Of a stretch of DNA of 64,000 bases, positions 48,923 through 58,312 are shown in pieces. The first letter of the stretch is position 1; each line of letters starts with the position of its first letter. Source of the DNA: an uncultured virus (IMG/VR IMGVR_UViG_3300011475_000006) (Duplodnaviria; Heunggongvirae; Uroviricota; Caudoviricetes); the IMG/VR virus record IMGVR_UViG_3300011475_000006; one strand, written 5' to 3'. The translations under genes were made by a program, and so were the position numbers. The notes below the pieces were generated by a model, which was not told the origin of the DNA, searched no databases, and saw only the letters and a program-made list of their open reading frames with translations.

Positions 48923-51835
48923 TTATCTAGATTTCGTTGCATTCCAGATTAGCCCCCCAGGTTGCAACTGTTTGGCAATCCCAGCACGAACAGATTGATC
49001 GATGGTCTGTTTGTAAGCCCGTGAAATAGCGTCGTTGCTGCCTGTAGTCTGCTGCTGAGAGTTCTGGTTTTGAACGACTACAGACGTTTGAACATTTACG
49101 CCACCAGCAGCAGGAGATTGCAGGCCATACGTTGGCGCCCGGCCAACGTAACCACCATCGGCATACCCTTGTCCTCCACGCATCAACGCATAGAGATTGC
49201 CGACACCCAATGCTCTGGTCGCTTCCTTCGTAAAAACAAACTCACCGCCGTGTACAACGCCTTTCGGTTGGTATTTACCGCCATCACCGGTGTAGCCGCC
49301 ACTATCAAAACCGGGAACCAAGCCACCGCCGGCAAAACCAAAGAACGCCCCGATACCCGTTCCACCAAAGGCTGACTTCATTCCATTAACCAGAGCCAGT
49401 TGAGTCAGCATCTGGGCGATGCCCTTTAGGAAGGTAGTCAGGAAGTCTGAGAAGTTGGATTTACCAGTAGTAAAAAAGTCGGTGAGCGTGCTGGCCATCC
49501 CGGTGAACGCATTGCTGGTAATCGTCTGCACCTGCGAGTAAACATTGGTCGCGCTGTCCTCAAATTCAGCCCAGCCCTTTTTCGCGCCAGTCAGCCAGTC
49601 GCCACGTAACCGATCCTCAGCATCATAGTAATCATTCGCCGCTTTAAGCTGCTTCTGATAACCCTCGTCGTCAAGCGTGCCGCCTGAGTTGATCCATCCA
49701 GAAGAAAGCTGGCTCTTTGCCAGCTCACGTTGTGCCTGACGGTCACTCATCCCGGCACCGTTCACTAATGCAGCCTGCTTCTCTGCCATCTGCGTGATGT
49801 ATTTCTGCGAGGTATCCATGCGCTTGTTCAGCTGTTCCTGTGCGGTAATCTGATCACCTAACAGGGCTTTCTGCCGTGCCAACTGAAGCACCTGGTCTTT
49901 ACTGGCCAGCAGGGATTGTTCCTGCTTTGTCAGTGAACGTGAACGCGAGGCCTCCTCCAGCACCTGAAATTTCGCTTCAGTCGTCCACAGATCTTTGCGC
50001 TGCTGGCTGATAGTGTCGTTCAGCCCTTTATGCTGCTGCAGCGCGCGTAACTGTGCCTGAAGCGCCAGTAATTCGGTCTGGGCAGCATCCGTGCTGCGAT
50101 CGCCAGCCGATAAAGTGCCCTGCTTTCCGGTTTTGGTTTTTTTACCAAAAGAAGCGACTCCTTCACGATCCTTCTGGGTGGTTGCGGTACTTATCTTTCT
50201 GGTCGTATCGAGGTATTTACCTGCACTGATATCAGCCGCATCCCAGTCTTTTTTCAGCTGAGAAACGCTGTCGCCATAAGCGCCGGCCATTTGTTCGTTG
50301 TAGTCCTGCCATCCCTGCAAAGTATCTGTTTTCGCCCAGTCGGGAACGAGGTTAATCGCGGCAGCGATAGAGGAAGAAATGATCTGGTTCAGCTTCTGGA
50401 AAACGATCGCAACGCTGTAATAAATTGCGTTGAATTCCTTCAGGGTGTTTGATGCCAGCTCAGCTACCCACTGACCGATACTCTGCATGGCCTCAGACGC
50501 CCAGCCCTTGATGTCCAGCCACAGGCGACCAAACGGCGTCAGCGAGTCGTAAGCCTGCTCCCCACGTTTTGCCATCGTATCGCCAAACAGGTCCATAGCC
50601 TGCGTAACGGCCGCGGTCTGGTCCTTTTGCTTTATCAGATCGTCAACATGCTTAAGTTGTGAAACGGTCAGGAAATTATATTGTTCGTTGAGACTCTGCA
50701 GCGCTTTAACAGGGTCTTTTTCGATGTCCTTATAGGCTTTGGTGATGTCCTGCGCCGAGACTATACCGGTCTGAATCGCCAGCGCCGTGGAGCCCGCTGC
50801 TTTTTCAAGTTGCTGCTGTGTCAGCGTTCCCATGCCAACCAGCTCAGTCATCAAACTCTGAACGGTTCCTACAGTAGCGCCAGTAGAGGCAGCAATAGAC
50901 TGGGAGGAAGCCATGATCTGAAGCGCTGACGTGCCGGCAATGTTGCCAGTCCTGATAATGGCCTTGTTGATTTCGTCGTAGGCGGTGAAGTAGTCCGATC
51001 CCGCTTTGGCCGCAATCAGTACAACGCCAGCCAGGCCACCAATGGCTACTCGGGCAGGGGTCACCATCGACAACATCGCTTTCAGAGCATTGCCTACACC
51101 GCCAAACGAGTCACGGAGCTGACCGCCCTGCTGAATAGCGACCATATAAATCGGCATGCCGGAAGCCAGTGAAGTCACAATGTCGGTCATTTGCATCGGG
51201 AGATAACGCATTGCATTGCGATATTGGCCAGCGCTGACAGCCCCAGACTTCCATGCTTCTTCCTGCTCTTTCAGCTTTGCGATCATTGGGGCAGCACGAT
51301 CGGATACGCCCAGTTGGGCAGCTTTTAGCTCTAACAGTTCTGCGCGCGTTTTACCGATTGCTGTGACCTGCTCCTCCAGCGAATCGATAAAGGTTTTGCC
51401 CGCTGCAGCTGCCCGCTGCGCTGCCTGAGCCTGTTCAATGCGAGCCCGCCCCTCTGCGGTCTCAGACTCCATGACCTGCGCCAGTTTAGCCCGCGTCGTC
51501 TCAAGCACGCTGTTGTAACGAGTAAAGTCCTCGTCTCCCACCAGCCCTTTACCGCGAAATTTCGCCAGGCTCTCCTGGATAGTGTCCAGCTCATCCAGCG
51601 CCTTGTTTACCGGACTAATTTTATTCAGCAGGTTCTGTAGTTCCTGACGCTGCTGCTTCAGGCTTTCGCTGTTTTTCTTCTGGTTATCGATACCGGTGCG
51701 GAACGTGCTGTTCAGGTCATCCGCTTTACCTGCCGCGGCGGACGCGGTCTCCTGAAAGCGCTCCAGTGCCTGGTTACCGCGCTCCAGCTCACTGGTATTT
51801 ACGCGCAGGGAAATCGTGGCGATGTCGTTACTCAT
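48923..51835 (-). CDS. H: Tape measure protein
   Basis: 970 aa; GGYTGDGGKYQPKGVVHGGEFV. Confidence 0.92.
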   Translation of the reverse strand: MSNDIATISLRVNTSELERGNQALERFQETASAAAGKADDLNSTFRTGIDNQKKNSESLKQQRQELQNLLNKISPVNKALDELDTIQESLAKFRGKGLVGDEDFTRYNSVLETTRAKLAQVMESETAEGRARIEQAQAAQRAAAAGKTFIDSLEEQVTAIGKTRAELLELKAAQLGVSDRAAPMIAKLKEQEEAWKSGAVSAGQYRNAMRYLPMQMTDIVTSLASGMPIYMVAIQQGGQLRDSFGGVGNALKAMLSMVTPARVAIGGLAGVVLIAAKAGSDYFTAYDEINKAIIRTGNIAGTSALQIMASSQSIAASTGATVGTVQSLMTELVGMGTLTQQQLEKAAGSTALAIQTGIVSAQDITKAYKDIEKDPVKALQSLNEQYNFLTVSQLKHVDDLIKQKDQTAAVTQAMDLFGDTMAKRGEQAYDSLTPFGRLWLDIKGWASEAMQSIGQWVAELASNTLKEFNAIYYSVAIVFQKLNQIISSSIAAAINLVPDWAKTDTLQGWQDYNEQMAGAYGDSVSQLKKDWDAADISAGKYLDTTRKISTATTQKDREGVASFGKKTKTGKQGTLSAGDRSTDAAQTELLALQAQLRALQQHKGLNDTISQQRKDLWTTEAKFQVLEEASRSRSLTKQEQSLLASKDQVLQLARQKALLGDQITAQEQLNKRMDTSQKYITQMAEKQAALVNGAGMSDRQAQRELAKSQLSSGWINSGGTLDDEGYQKQLKAANDYYDAEDRLRGDWLTGAKKGWAEFEDSATNVYSQVQTITSNAFTGMASTLTDFFTTGKSNFSDFLTTFLKGIAQMLTQLALVNGMKSAFGGTGIGAFFGFAGGGLVPGFDSGGYTGDGGKYQPKGVVHGGEFVFTKEATRALGVGNLYALMRGGQGYADGGYVGRAPTYGLQSPAAGGVNVQTSVVVQNQNSQQQTTGSNDAISRAYKQTIDQSVRAGIAKQLQPGGLIWNATKSR

Positions 51836-52152
51836 TCCGCCCTCTCTTTATGCATAACTTTTAGTGCGGCGCTCTCCATGATTCGGATGTCCGAAAGCGC
51901 GGTTGCCTCGTCGTCAACGTGGTGCAGGCGCATCACCCAGGGCAGCACGTTGTAATCAAGCCCTGATGCGCCTCCCATGCCCGTGCGCCACTGCGTGCTG
52001 ACAGCCTGAAACACCAGGAATGAAGGCCATACATCTGGCCAGACGTCGATGTATTGATCGTCGTAGTCATCCGGCGTAAGCCCATAGGGTGCCAGGTCTG
52101 CCGCTGTGGGTTCAGGCGTATAGAATGCAGAGGCAACCGCTATCAGTTTTTT
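51832..52152 (-). CDS. T-like (DUF1799-like) part of the tail chaperone -1 frameshift fusion
   Basis: Slippery AAAAAAC (52152 to 52146) before TGA; -1 frame LIAVASAFYTPEP..VWP..QWRTGMGGASGLDY. Confidence 0.75.
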   Translation of the reverse strand, partial: KKLIAVASAFYTPEPTAADLAPYGLTPDDYDDQYIDVWPDVWPSFLVFQAVSTQWRTGMGGASGLDYNVLPWVMRLHHVDDEATALSDIRIMESAALKVMHKERAE

Positions 52153-52454
52153 TCGCGCTGCCCCATCAGTTCGCGATAGTAGGTTTCAGGGATAGCCTTC
52201 ATTGCAGCCGGATAGTTTTCCAGCAGCACCGACAGATTTTCCGCGTTGAATGCATCGGGGAGCGCCCAGCCAGAAATAATTTCCATCAGAAAATCAGTGG
52301 CAGTTTTGCCTTCCAGTTTTTCCAGATCAGCAAGCTCTTTAAGTGGCTTATGATTGAACGTGAAGGTCAGTACACCATCCTCATCGCCAGCGCGCGGGAT
52401 CGAGACGTTGGCCTTGAAAGTTGGTTTGGGCTGAAGGGTGAATTTAGTCGCCAT
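52143..52454 (-). CDS. Tail assembly chaperone
   Basis: 103 aa between tube and TMP; ends REKN at the slippery site. Confidence 0.8.
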   Translation of the reverse strand: MATKFTLQPKPTFKANVSIPRAGDEDGVLTFTFNHKPLKELADLEKLEGKTATDFLMEIISGWALPDAFNAENLSVLLENYPAAMKAIPETYYRELMGQREKN

Positions 52455-52514
52455 CGTTGCCTCTTAGTAAAAAAAACCTCCATGGAGGAGGCTCAGATTT
52501 TCGTTATGCCCGGC

Positions 52515-53186
52515 TTATGCCGCGGCGCCTGTAATTTTATAGAAGGTCATCGCAGGCGATTGCAGGTTCAGCACGACGCTTACCGTTTCGACTTCGTTCA
52601 CCGCCGTGGCCGGGGTGTCGTCAAAAGATGCCGTGGCCGCCCAGTAACGGTTCTCCTTCGCCTTCGGCACGTACATGTACGCCGCCACAGTCTCTTCGTC
52701 TTCGTCCAGCTGGCGCAGCAGCGGATAAACTGGGAGCGTGGAGTCATGCGCGATCGAGTAAGTCTGAGAGGCAGCGGATTTAAAGGTATTCAGGTTGCGC
52801 TGGCGATCATCGCTGAGGAACTGAATCTGCGTGGTGTTCTGATCACCACCAGATTTCGATACCTCAGTGATTTGTGGCAGTTCGGTCCATTCTTCAATTT
52901 TGCGAATAGAGCCGGAACCGCCACCCGCCGCGTATTTGTTTTTGTTGGTGGTATTGATGTTGCGAAGAGTGACAGCATTCTCCGCAATCGCGTCGATTTT
53001 CGCGATAACGTTATCAATACCCGACCAGTTGCAGTTCACGTGAACGATATCGCCGACCGCAATTTCGTCCGCGGCGCTGACGGTGATCACCGCGTGCTCA
53101 GCATTCGTCGCGCCGGTGAAAGTAATGGCCGGGCCATAGCCCGACGCCAGATAAACATGAGCGCCGTTAGGCAGTGCAAAGCCCAT
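52515..53186 (-). CDS. Tail tube protein
   Basis: MGFALPNGA; WTELPQI..SGGDQ. Confidence 0.8.
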   Translation of the reverse strand: MGFALPNGAHVYLASGYGPAITFTGATNAEHAVITVSAADEIAVGDIVHVNCNWSGIDNVIAKIDAIAENAVTLRNINTTNKNKYAAGGGSGSIRKIEEWTELPQITEVSKSGGDQNTTQIQFLSDDRQRNLNTFKSAASQTYSIAHDSTLPVYPLLRQLDEDEETVAAYMYVPKAKENRYWAATASFDDTPATAVNEVETVSVVLNLQSPAMTFYKITGAAA

Positions 53187-53254
53187 AATGGTTTCTCCTT
53201 CAGAAACGGGAAAACCGGCTCAAGGCCGGTCAGTTGTGGGGCATCAGAGGGGAA

Positions 53255-53665
53255 TCAGCTGTTAATGTCTGTCCGATAATTCAGGCTGACAGGAACGGTG
53301 TAGGACACAGGTGTAGGGACGCCGCGGAATATGCCAGGCGCGCTGCTAATCCAGCAGGTAAAGTCTTTGCCTGCAATTTCCAGCCCCTCGGGGAACAACT
53401 CCGCTACTCTGCCCGCCAGGGCAACGACGGAGGTACGGCCGGAGCCGGCTGGCGCCACGACATTAATCTGGTACACGCCAGAATAAGTACGGCAGCGCAG
53501 ACCGAGATCGATTGTTCGCGGCGTAACGGGCATATCGTGAACGGCCAGGTACATCTCGTTAGCAGGAGGTGTGAACGGCACGTTCTCCCATGCAACCGAA
53601 ATGCCCTCAGCATCGGCCCAGGTACCCAGTCTGGCGGCCAGTGCAGATGCAATATCAGGAATCAC
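53255..53665 (-). CDS. Tail terminator-like protein
   Basis: VAWENVPF.PP; GVYQINVVAPAGSG. Confidence 0.7.
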   Translation of the reverse strand: MIPDIASALAARLGTWADAEGISVAWENVPFTPPANEMYLAVHDMPVTPRTIDLGLRCRTYSGVYQINVVAPAGSGRTSVVALAGRVAELFPEGLEIAGKDFTCWISSAPGIFRGVPTPVSYTVPVSLNYRTDINS

Positions 53666-54246
53666 TTAGTCACCTCCCTGACAGCTTCTTCAAAGAAGCG
53701 TTGAAACTCTGCTGCAGTTATGCGGACCATGCCGCCCGGAGCCTGTGTGGAATGCCCCATTTCAAGCGGGTAGGCATAGGGCACGTTGTTGCAGAAATAA
53801 ATGGCCTTCATCCCGATTTTGAAGAGCGACAGCGTGTAGTTCCCGGCAGCTTTTGTCAGGTCACCGGTCTTATCAACCCGGCCTGTCTCGTCAGTCGTTG
53901 GCGCATCAAAGGACACCTGCCAGTTACCGCGAAAGCGTCCGCCCGTATACCCCGGCGGTGCTTTGATATCCATCCCATCCACCACCCGGGCTTTTTTCTT
54001 CAGTCGCCCGGTTTTGGTCAGGTTATCGGGATTGGCCCGCTGCGCCTCGTTGTGGTCGTAAACAGCGCGATTATAGGAAACGGCTGTCTGGTTAACTCCC
54101 CACAACTCCGGGTTGCCTACTGGGGACATCACCACCAGCTGGTTATGAATTTTGATTCCGACGGCGCGCACCACTGCTTCCTGATTCGTTTTCGCCTTGT
54201 TAACGAAAGCCGTGATTTCAGCCAGGAAAGCCGCGTTCTCGCCCAT
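53662..54246 (-). CDS. HK97 gp10-like neck protein
   Basis: SPVG, TGGRFRGNWQVS, NNVPYA..LE.GHS.QAP.GMV. Confidence 0.8.
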   Translation of the reverse strand: MGENAAFLAEITAFVNKAKTNQEAVVRAVGIKIHNQLVVMSPVGNPELWGVNQTAVSYNRAVYDHNEAQRANPDNLTKTGRLKKKARVVDGMDIKAPPGYTGGRFRGNWQVSFDAPTTDETGRVDKTGDLTKAAGNYTLSLFKIGMKAIYFCNNVPYAYPLEMGHSTQAPGGMVRITAAEFQRFFEEAVREVTK

Positions 54247-54247
54247 G

Positions 54248-54598
54248 CTAAGCCCTCAGTTGCGCTTTGTAGCAGAGGACCAGCACGGCAGGTTTTACCG
54301 GATTCGGTTTGACAACACGGCAGGCTGTGCCGTCAATATCGACCACATCGCCGATTTTAATTTCCTGCTCTGCCGTAAAAACGATCTGCACGTCGCCGTT
54401 AAAGATGACCGTTCCATCAATTTCGCCTGGCGCGTACTCGGTCTTCACGCCCACAGCAGTAAAACGGACCGCTTCAGTTTTATGCTCAATGCCGCCGATA
54501 ACCGTTACCGAGCCTTTACGGGTGACGTTGTACGTCGCGCCGTTCTGCCTGAGCATGCGGGTCGTTCTGGCCTGCATACGTTGGTAATCTATCGCCAT
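54248..54598 (-). CDS. Head closure / head-tail protein
   Basis: 116 aa in the head-tail region; start MAIDY. Confidence 0.65.
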   Translation of the reverse strand: MAIDYQRMQARTTRMLRQNGATYNVTRKGSVTVIGGIEHKTEAVRFTAVGVKTEYAPGEIDGTVIFNGDVQIVFTAEQEIKIGDVVDIDGTACRVVKPNPVKPAVLVLCYKAQLRA

Positions 54599-54599
54599 A

Positions 54600-55082
54600 T
54601 CAGGCCCTCTCAGCAAATGCATTGATGGCGTAACCACGACCATCAGCGAGGTCGCCCAGCAGCGCCATAACGGCAGGATAGGACGGCGTGAAGACTTCAC
54701 CATCTGAGACCGCATAGGTCATGGTGACAGCACCTTCCACACGTTCAGTTTTCACAGCGGCTTCGCGCACGCTGGAGAGTAAATCGCCGTCGATTGCCTC
54801 TACCGCCAGCATGCACTGTGCGGTTATAACTTGCCGTGGCACTTCATCCGGCGGGAAATCATGTTCATCCAGAACGACATTCACGCGTGGCCATGCCAGA
54901 GCCTGTCTCGGGTCAGCTTTTGAGCCAACCCAATCCAGCCCTTCCAGGTAATCCATTGCCTTAATCAGCAAAGGCGTGAGCTTATCAGGCAGTTCAATGC
55001 CGCGTATTTCCGCAAATGAGGCAAGACCCTCTTCACTGGCGTAGCTGTTGGCATCAGGAGAGGTGATATCGGTATTGATCAT
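54600..55082 (-). CDS. Head-tail adaptor (DnaT-like annotation family)
   Basis: ANSYAS, QALAWPR, KTERVEGAVT.TY. Confidence 0.7.
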   Translation of the reverse strand: MINTDITSPDANSYASEEGLASFAEIRGIELPDKLTPLLIKAMDYLEGLDWVGSKADPRQALAWPRVNVVLDEHDFPPDEVPRQVITAQCMLAVEAIDGDLLSSVREAAVKTERVEGAVTMTYAVSDGEVFTPSYPAVMALLGDLADGRGYAINAFAERA

Positions 55083-55118
55083 CGATTCATCCTGTTTATG
55101 GGGCTTTCGCCCCATTCG

Positions 55119-55406
55119 TTATTCTCCGGCAGGCGCAGTGAAGGTGATCTCCTCTGTGGATTTCGCCACGCCGTCAACCGTGCCGGTTACCTTGAAGGTG
55201 CCAGCAACGTCTGATGTGAGTTTCACCGTTGCACCACCAGCAGAGCCGGTTTGAGAACTGGCCGTGCTGAGCGTGCCGCCTGTGGACGTCCACGCGACGG
55301 TTTTGCCGGAGACACCGGCGCCATTAAGGGAGTATTTCAGGGAAACAGTGACCGCATCAGTGCTGTCAGCAGTTGCGGAGGTTTTATCCGCTGACAGCGT
55401 TACTCC
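55119..55406 (-). CDS. Big-1 Ig-like domain appended to the capsid by a predicted -1 frameshift
   Basis: Start-less ORF GVTLSADKTSATADSTDAVTVSLKY..GKTVAWTSTGG.LS..T...G.ATVKLTS..G...VT.TV in the -1 frame over the capsid stop. Confidence 0.75.
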   Translation of the reverse strand, partial: GVTLSADKTSATADSTDAVTVSLKYSLNGAGVSGKTVAWTSTGGTLSTASSQTGSAGGATVKLTSDVAGTFKVTGTVDGVAKSTEEITFTAPAGE

Positions 55407-56350
55407 CCCACCGCGGATTCCAGTTTGATCAGCACGCCTGCCGTAGATTTGTTACTGGTGAAGTGCTTCTTCCAGTTGCCGGCAGTGCCGATTTTGGTCA
55501 GGTCAGGGTTATCGCCTTTGGCAGTGTCCCAGCTGTAGCCAAGCAGATCGACGTTAACCACACCTTCAGCGCGGTAGCCGATGGCAAGGTTTTCCTGGTC
55601 GTTAATGTCATAGGAACGGAAGCCCGGAGCCTGAGACTCGGTGACGGTCACTGCGCCAGTGACCAGCCCAAGGATCGCATCAACATCCATGGTGTCGGTC
55701 ACCAGTACCGGTTTACCCAGCGTACCCGGCTGCCCGCCGTAGACCACCACGCCCGCCTCTTCGTAGATTTTGTTGGCTATCGCCTCATCCACGATGTCGA
55801 AGTAGGTGGCGGAGTGCATAACGAAGAGCACCACGCGGTTGAACTTATCGCCGTACTTACGCAGGCCGCGCGTCAGGGTCTTCTTACCGTCGGTCTCGAT
55901 GTCGGCGGTTACCACCATGTCAGCGTTGGCGCCAATTGCTGCCGTCAGCGCCTTCAGACCGTACTTCACGTAGCCCTCAAGTGTCGCATCAGCCACATCA
56001 GTGCCGATCACTTCGGAGAACTCGTCTACAGAGCGGCCGCGGCGTTTGAATGCCTCTTCGGTGGTTTCGTACGGGCCATATTTCCACGGTGCTTTGACAG
56101 ACACGGCTTCACCAGCGCCGATCTTCTTGCCCGTCACTTTATCGGTGGAGTTCACATCGCGAGATTCAATGGAGCCGCCCACCTTGTAGAAGGCTCGCTT
56201 GCGGAAATCGCCTTCAATCAGCTCGTTATCCAGCAGGATAGCCCCGTTGGAAGAGGCGTTGAAGATTGCCAGGTTGTCCTGTCGGCGCTCGAGGAAAGCG
56301 GTCTGTGCCAGGTCGTCATAAATAATCAGGTCGGTATTAACAGTCGTCAT
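55400..56350 (-). CDS. Major capsid protein
   Basis: 316 aa after the scaffold; VMHSATYF, TLGKPVLVTD. Confidence 0.85.
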   Translation of the reverse strand: MTTVNTDLIIYDDLAQTAFLERRQDNLAIFNASSNGAILLDNELIEGDFRKRAFYKVGGSIESRDVNSTDKVTGKKIGAGEAVSVKAPWKYGPYETTEEAFKRRGRSVDEFSEVIGTDVADATLEGYVKYGLKALTAAIGANADMVVTADIETDGKKTLTRGLRKYGDKFNRVVLFVMHSATYFDIVDEAIANKIYEEAGVVVYGGQPGTLGKPVLVTDTMDVDAILGLVTGAVTVTESQAPGFRSYDINDQENLAIGYRAEGVVNVDLLGYSWDTAKGDNPDLTKIGTAGNWKKHFTSNKSTAGVLIKLESAVGE

Positions 56351-56362
56351 ACGGGAAACGCC

Positions 56363-57133
56363 TTATTTCGGAAGTTTGAGGAAGGCCTGCTGGCCATGCT
56401 TGCGGATGTAGTCCGCCTTGTCGCTGGCGCTCATTTCGGAACGTTTCAGGCTGCCACCACCGTTTGGCTTGTGTCCTCCCGCGCCAGTACCTTCTGCACG
56501 AGGGAACAGATGCGGAGCCGTCTCCTTGAGAGATTCCGCCCACTCAAGCGGGCTTAGTGGGGTTTTGCCGTCTTTGCCGAACAGAACATCGCCATTTGCA
56601 TCAACTGCTACGGCCTCGCCTTCGTCGTTGAGCTGGAATGTGCCTTTAGCACGCAGGATCAGGTCATCGGATGCTTCAGCCAGCGCCCCAGCTTTCGAAG
56701 CTGCTGCGCGGATTGCATCACCCAGAACTCGATCCCGGAATTTGTTGGAGAACGCTTCGGCTTTATCCGCGCGCTCATTTGCCATCTTGATCTGCTTATC
56801 AACGTCTGCGCGCAGGCGTTCGGTACGCTTATCCAGAACTTCATCGATTTTGCCAGCGGCGATCAGCTTTGCCTCTTCGTCGTCGGAGAAGCGCTGCAAG
56901 ATGCCGCGCACCGCGTCAGGATCGATACCGTCATAACGGGACAGGTTTTCTTTTTGCTGTTTAATGGTGCCCAGCAATTCGGAGTTCTTTGATTTCAGGC
57001 CAGTGACTTCGCTGGTCACGCGCTCATCAATCAGCTTCTGGATTTCAGGAGTGATTTCGATACCACCGCCACCGCCGCCCTCACCGCCGCTTTCAGGTGC
57101 GTAAAATTTCAGAAGCATGTTTCGAATTAACAT
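56363..57133 (-). CDS. Scaffolding protein
   Basis: Coiled coil; APHLF..GTGA; MS..DK..YI..HG..AFLKLP. Confidence 0.75.
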   Translation of the reverse strand: MLIRNMLLKFYAPESGGEGGGGGGIEITPEIQKLIDERVTSEVTGLKSKNSELLGTIKQQKENLSRYDGIDPDAVRGILQRFSDDEEAKLIAAGKIDEVLDKRTERLRADVDKQIKMANERADKAEAFSNKFRDRVLGDAIRAAASKAGALAEASDDLILRAKGTFQLNDEGEAVAVDANGDVLFGKDGKTPLSPLEWAESLKETAPHLFPRAEGTGAGGHKPNGGGSLKRSEMSASDKADYIRKHGQQAFLKLPK

Positions 57134-57213
57134 AATTTCCCCTCGGGATTTTGTCGGGCCTCGCCCATAAAAAAGCCCCGGCGGATGCCAGGGCGTGGAG
57201 TAAGATATGGTTG

Positions 57214-58311
57214 TTAGTTGTCTGTGCCTGAGAGCTGCTTCAGACGTTCCAGGCTGATCCATTCGCCTTTGTCAGTGAACATATCAGCCAGGTTGATTTC
57301 ACCGGCTCGAAACAGACGGCCACGCTCGGCACCCAGAACCTGATCCTGGCGTTGTGCCGGCTGGCGCGCGAGCCATTCCAGATATGATGTTTTCCCCGGT
57401 ACCTGTCCATCCATGCTGGCACGAGTCCCCTCGTCCATCTCGTCGATATCGATGCCGAGTTCGCGCCACGACTTGAGAATCAGGGTTTCGGTAGAACGAC
57501 AGCAGAAATGAATCTTCCCGGGTCCCTGCAGGTAAGGCACCTTATGCCCGACCGGTTTGTTATCCAGGGTGTAACGCAACAGGTCACGAATAATGCAGTC
57601 GTGGCTGGTTTTATTGTCCAGCGTAGATAGCCACTGTTTGCCTTTTACGATATCGCTGTTGGCGCTGGTGAAGCTATTGCGTGCTGTGACAGCCAGATGA
57701 TTCACGGCTGTTTTAGCGATGCTGGCAGCGTTTGCCCTGCTCATCTGCAGCGCGCCGTCGCGATAGTCTTTGTTGGCGTGGCCGCGAACACTGCGCGCGA
57801 TTGTTTCTACCGTGTCGCCGGTAAGATACCCCCTGCGGACAGCGTTCACGATCCGCGCCAGCCTGTCCGATTCCAGATTCTCAGCCCATTCTCTGAGCAG
57901 TCGTCCCTGAAAGGGTTGCGCCATCGCCGCGGCATACACCATATCGGCGGTGATGCCCTGCAGAGGATAGTGAGACAGGACCTGTGATGGCAGAAGGGAA
58001 TCGAACAGGCTCAGCTGATAACTGGCTTCGTTCTTTGCCAGTGCCACCAGCTCACTCTCGAGCCCTGCCTGCATGGTGGCTACGGCCTGATGGTTAAGAT
58101 CGCGCACGCTGCCCAGTAAACTCTCCAGACGGCTAACGGTAAAGCTCTCTGGAGGCAATCTATCCAGCGCATCCAGTAGCCGCGCTGAAAGGTCTGCGTC
58201 CGTCTCGTTAAGCAACTTCACCATCCGGTTTGCCACGCCCGTCGCATAACGGCTAATCCAGACGGAATGAGCAATAGCCTCATCCCGCAGGCTTTCGTTC
58301 ACGGTTGCCAT
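57214..58311 (-). CDS. Head morphogenesis protein (SPP1 gp7/Mu F-like)
   Basis: WLSTLDNKTS..C; HFCCRS. Confidence 0.85.
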   Translation of the reverse strand: MATVNESLRDEAIAHSVWISRYATGVANRMVKLLNETDADLSARLLDALDRLPPESFTVSRLESLLGSVRDLNHQAVATMQAGLESELVALAKNEASYQLSLFDSLLPSQVLSHYPLQGITADMVYAAAMAQPFQGRLLREWAENLESDRLARIVNAVRRGYLTGDTVETIARSVRGHANKDYRDGALQMSRANAASIAKTAVNHLAVTARNSFTSANSDIVKGKQWLSTLDNKTSHDCIIRDLLRYTLDNKPVGHKVPYLQGPGKIHFCCRSTETLILKSWRELGIDIDEMDEGTRASMDGQVPGKTSYLEWLARQPAQRQDQVLGAERGRLFRAGEINLADMFTDKGEWISLERLKQLSGTDN

Positions 58312-58312
58312 A

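Noticed and set aside
52089..56557. Long + strand ORFs (52089-53279, 55373-56557) and similar antisense ORFs
   Set aside because: Shadow frames opposite well-supported structural genes
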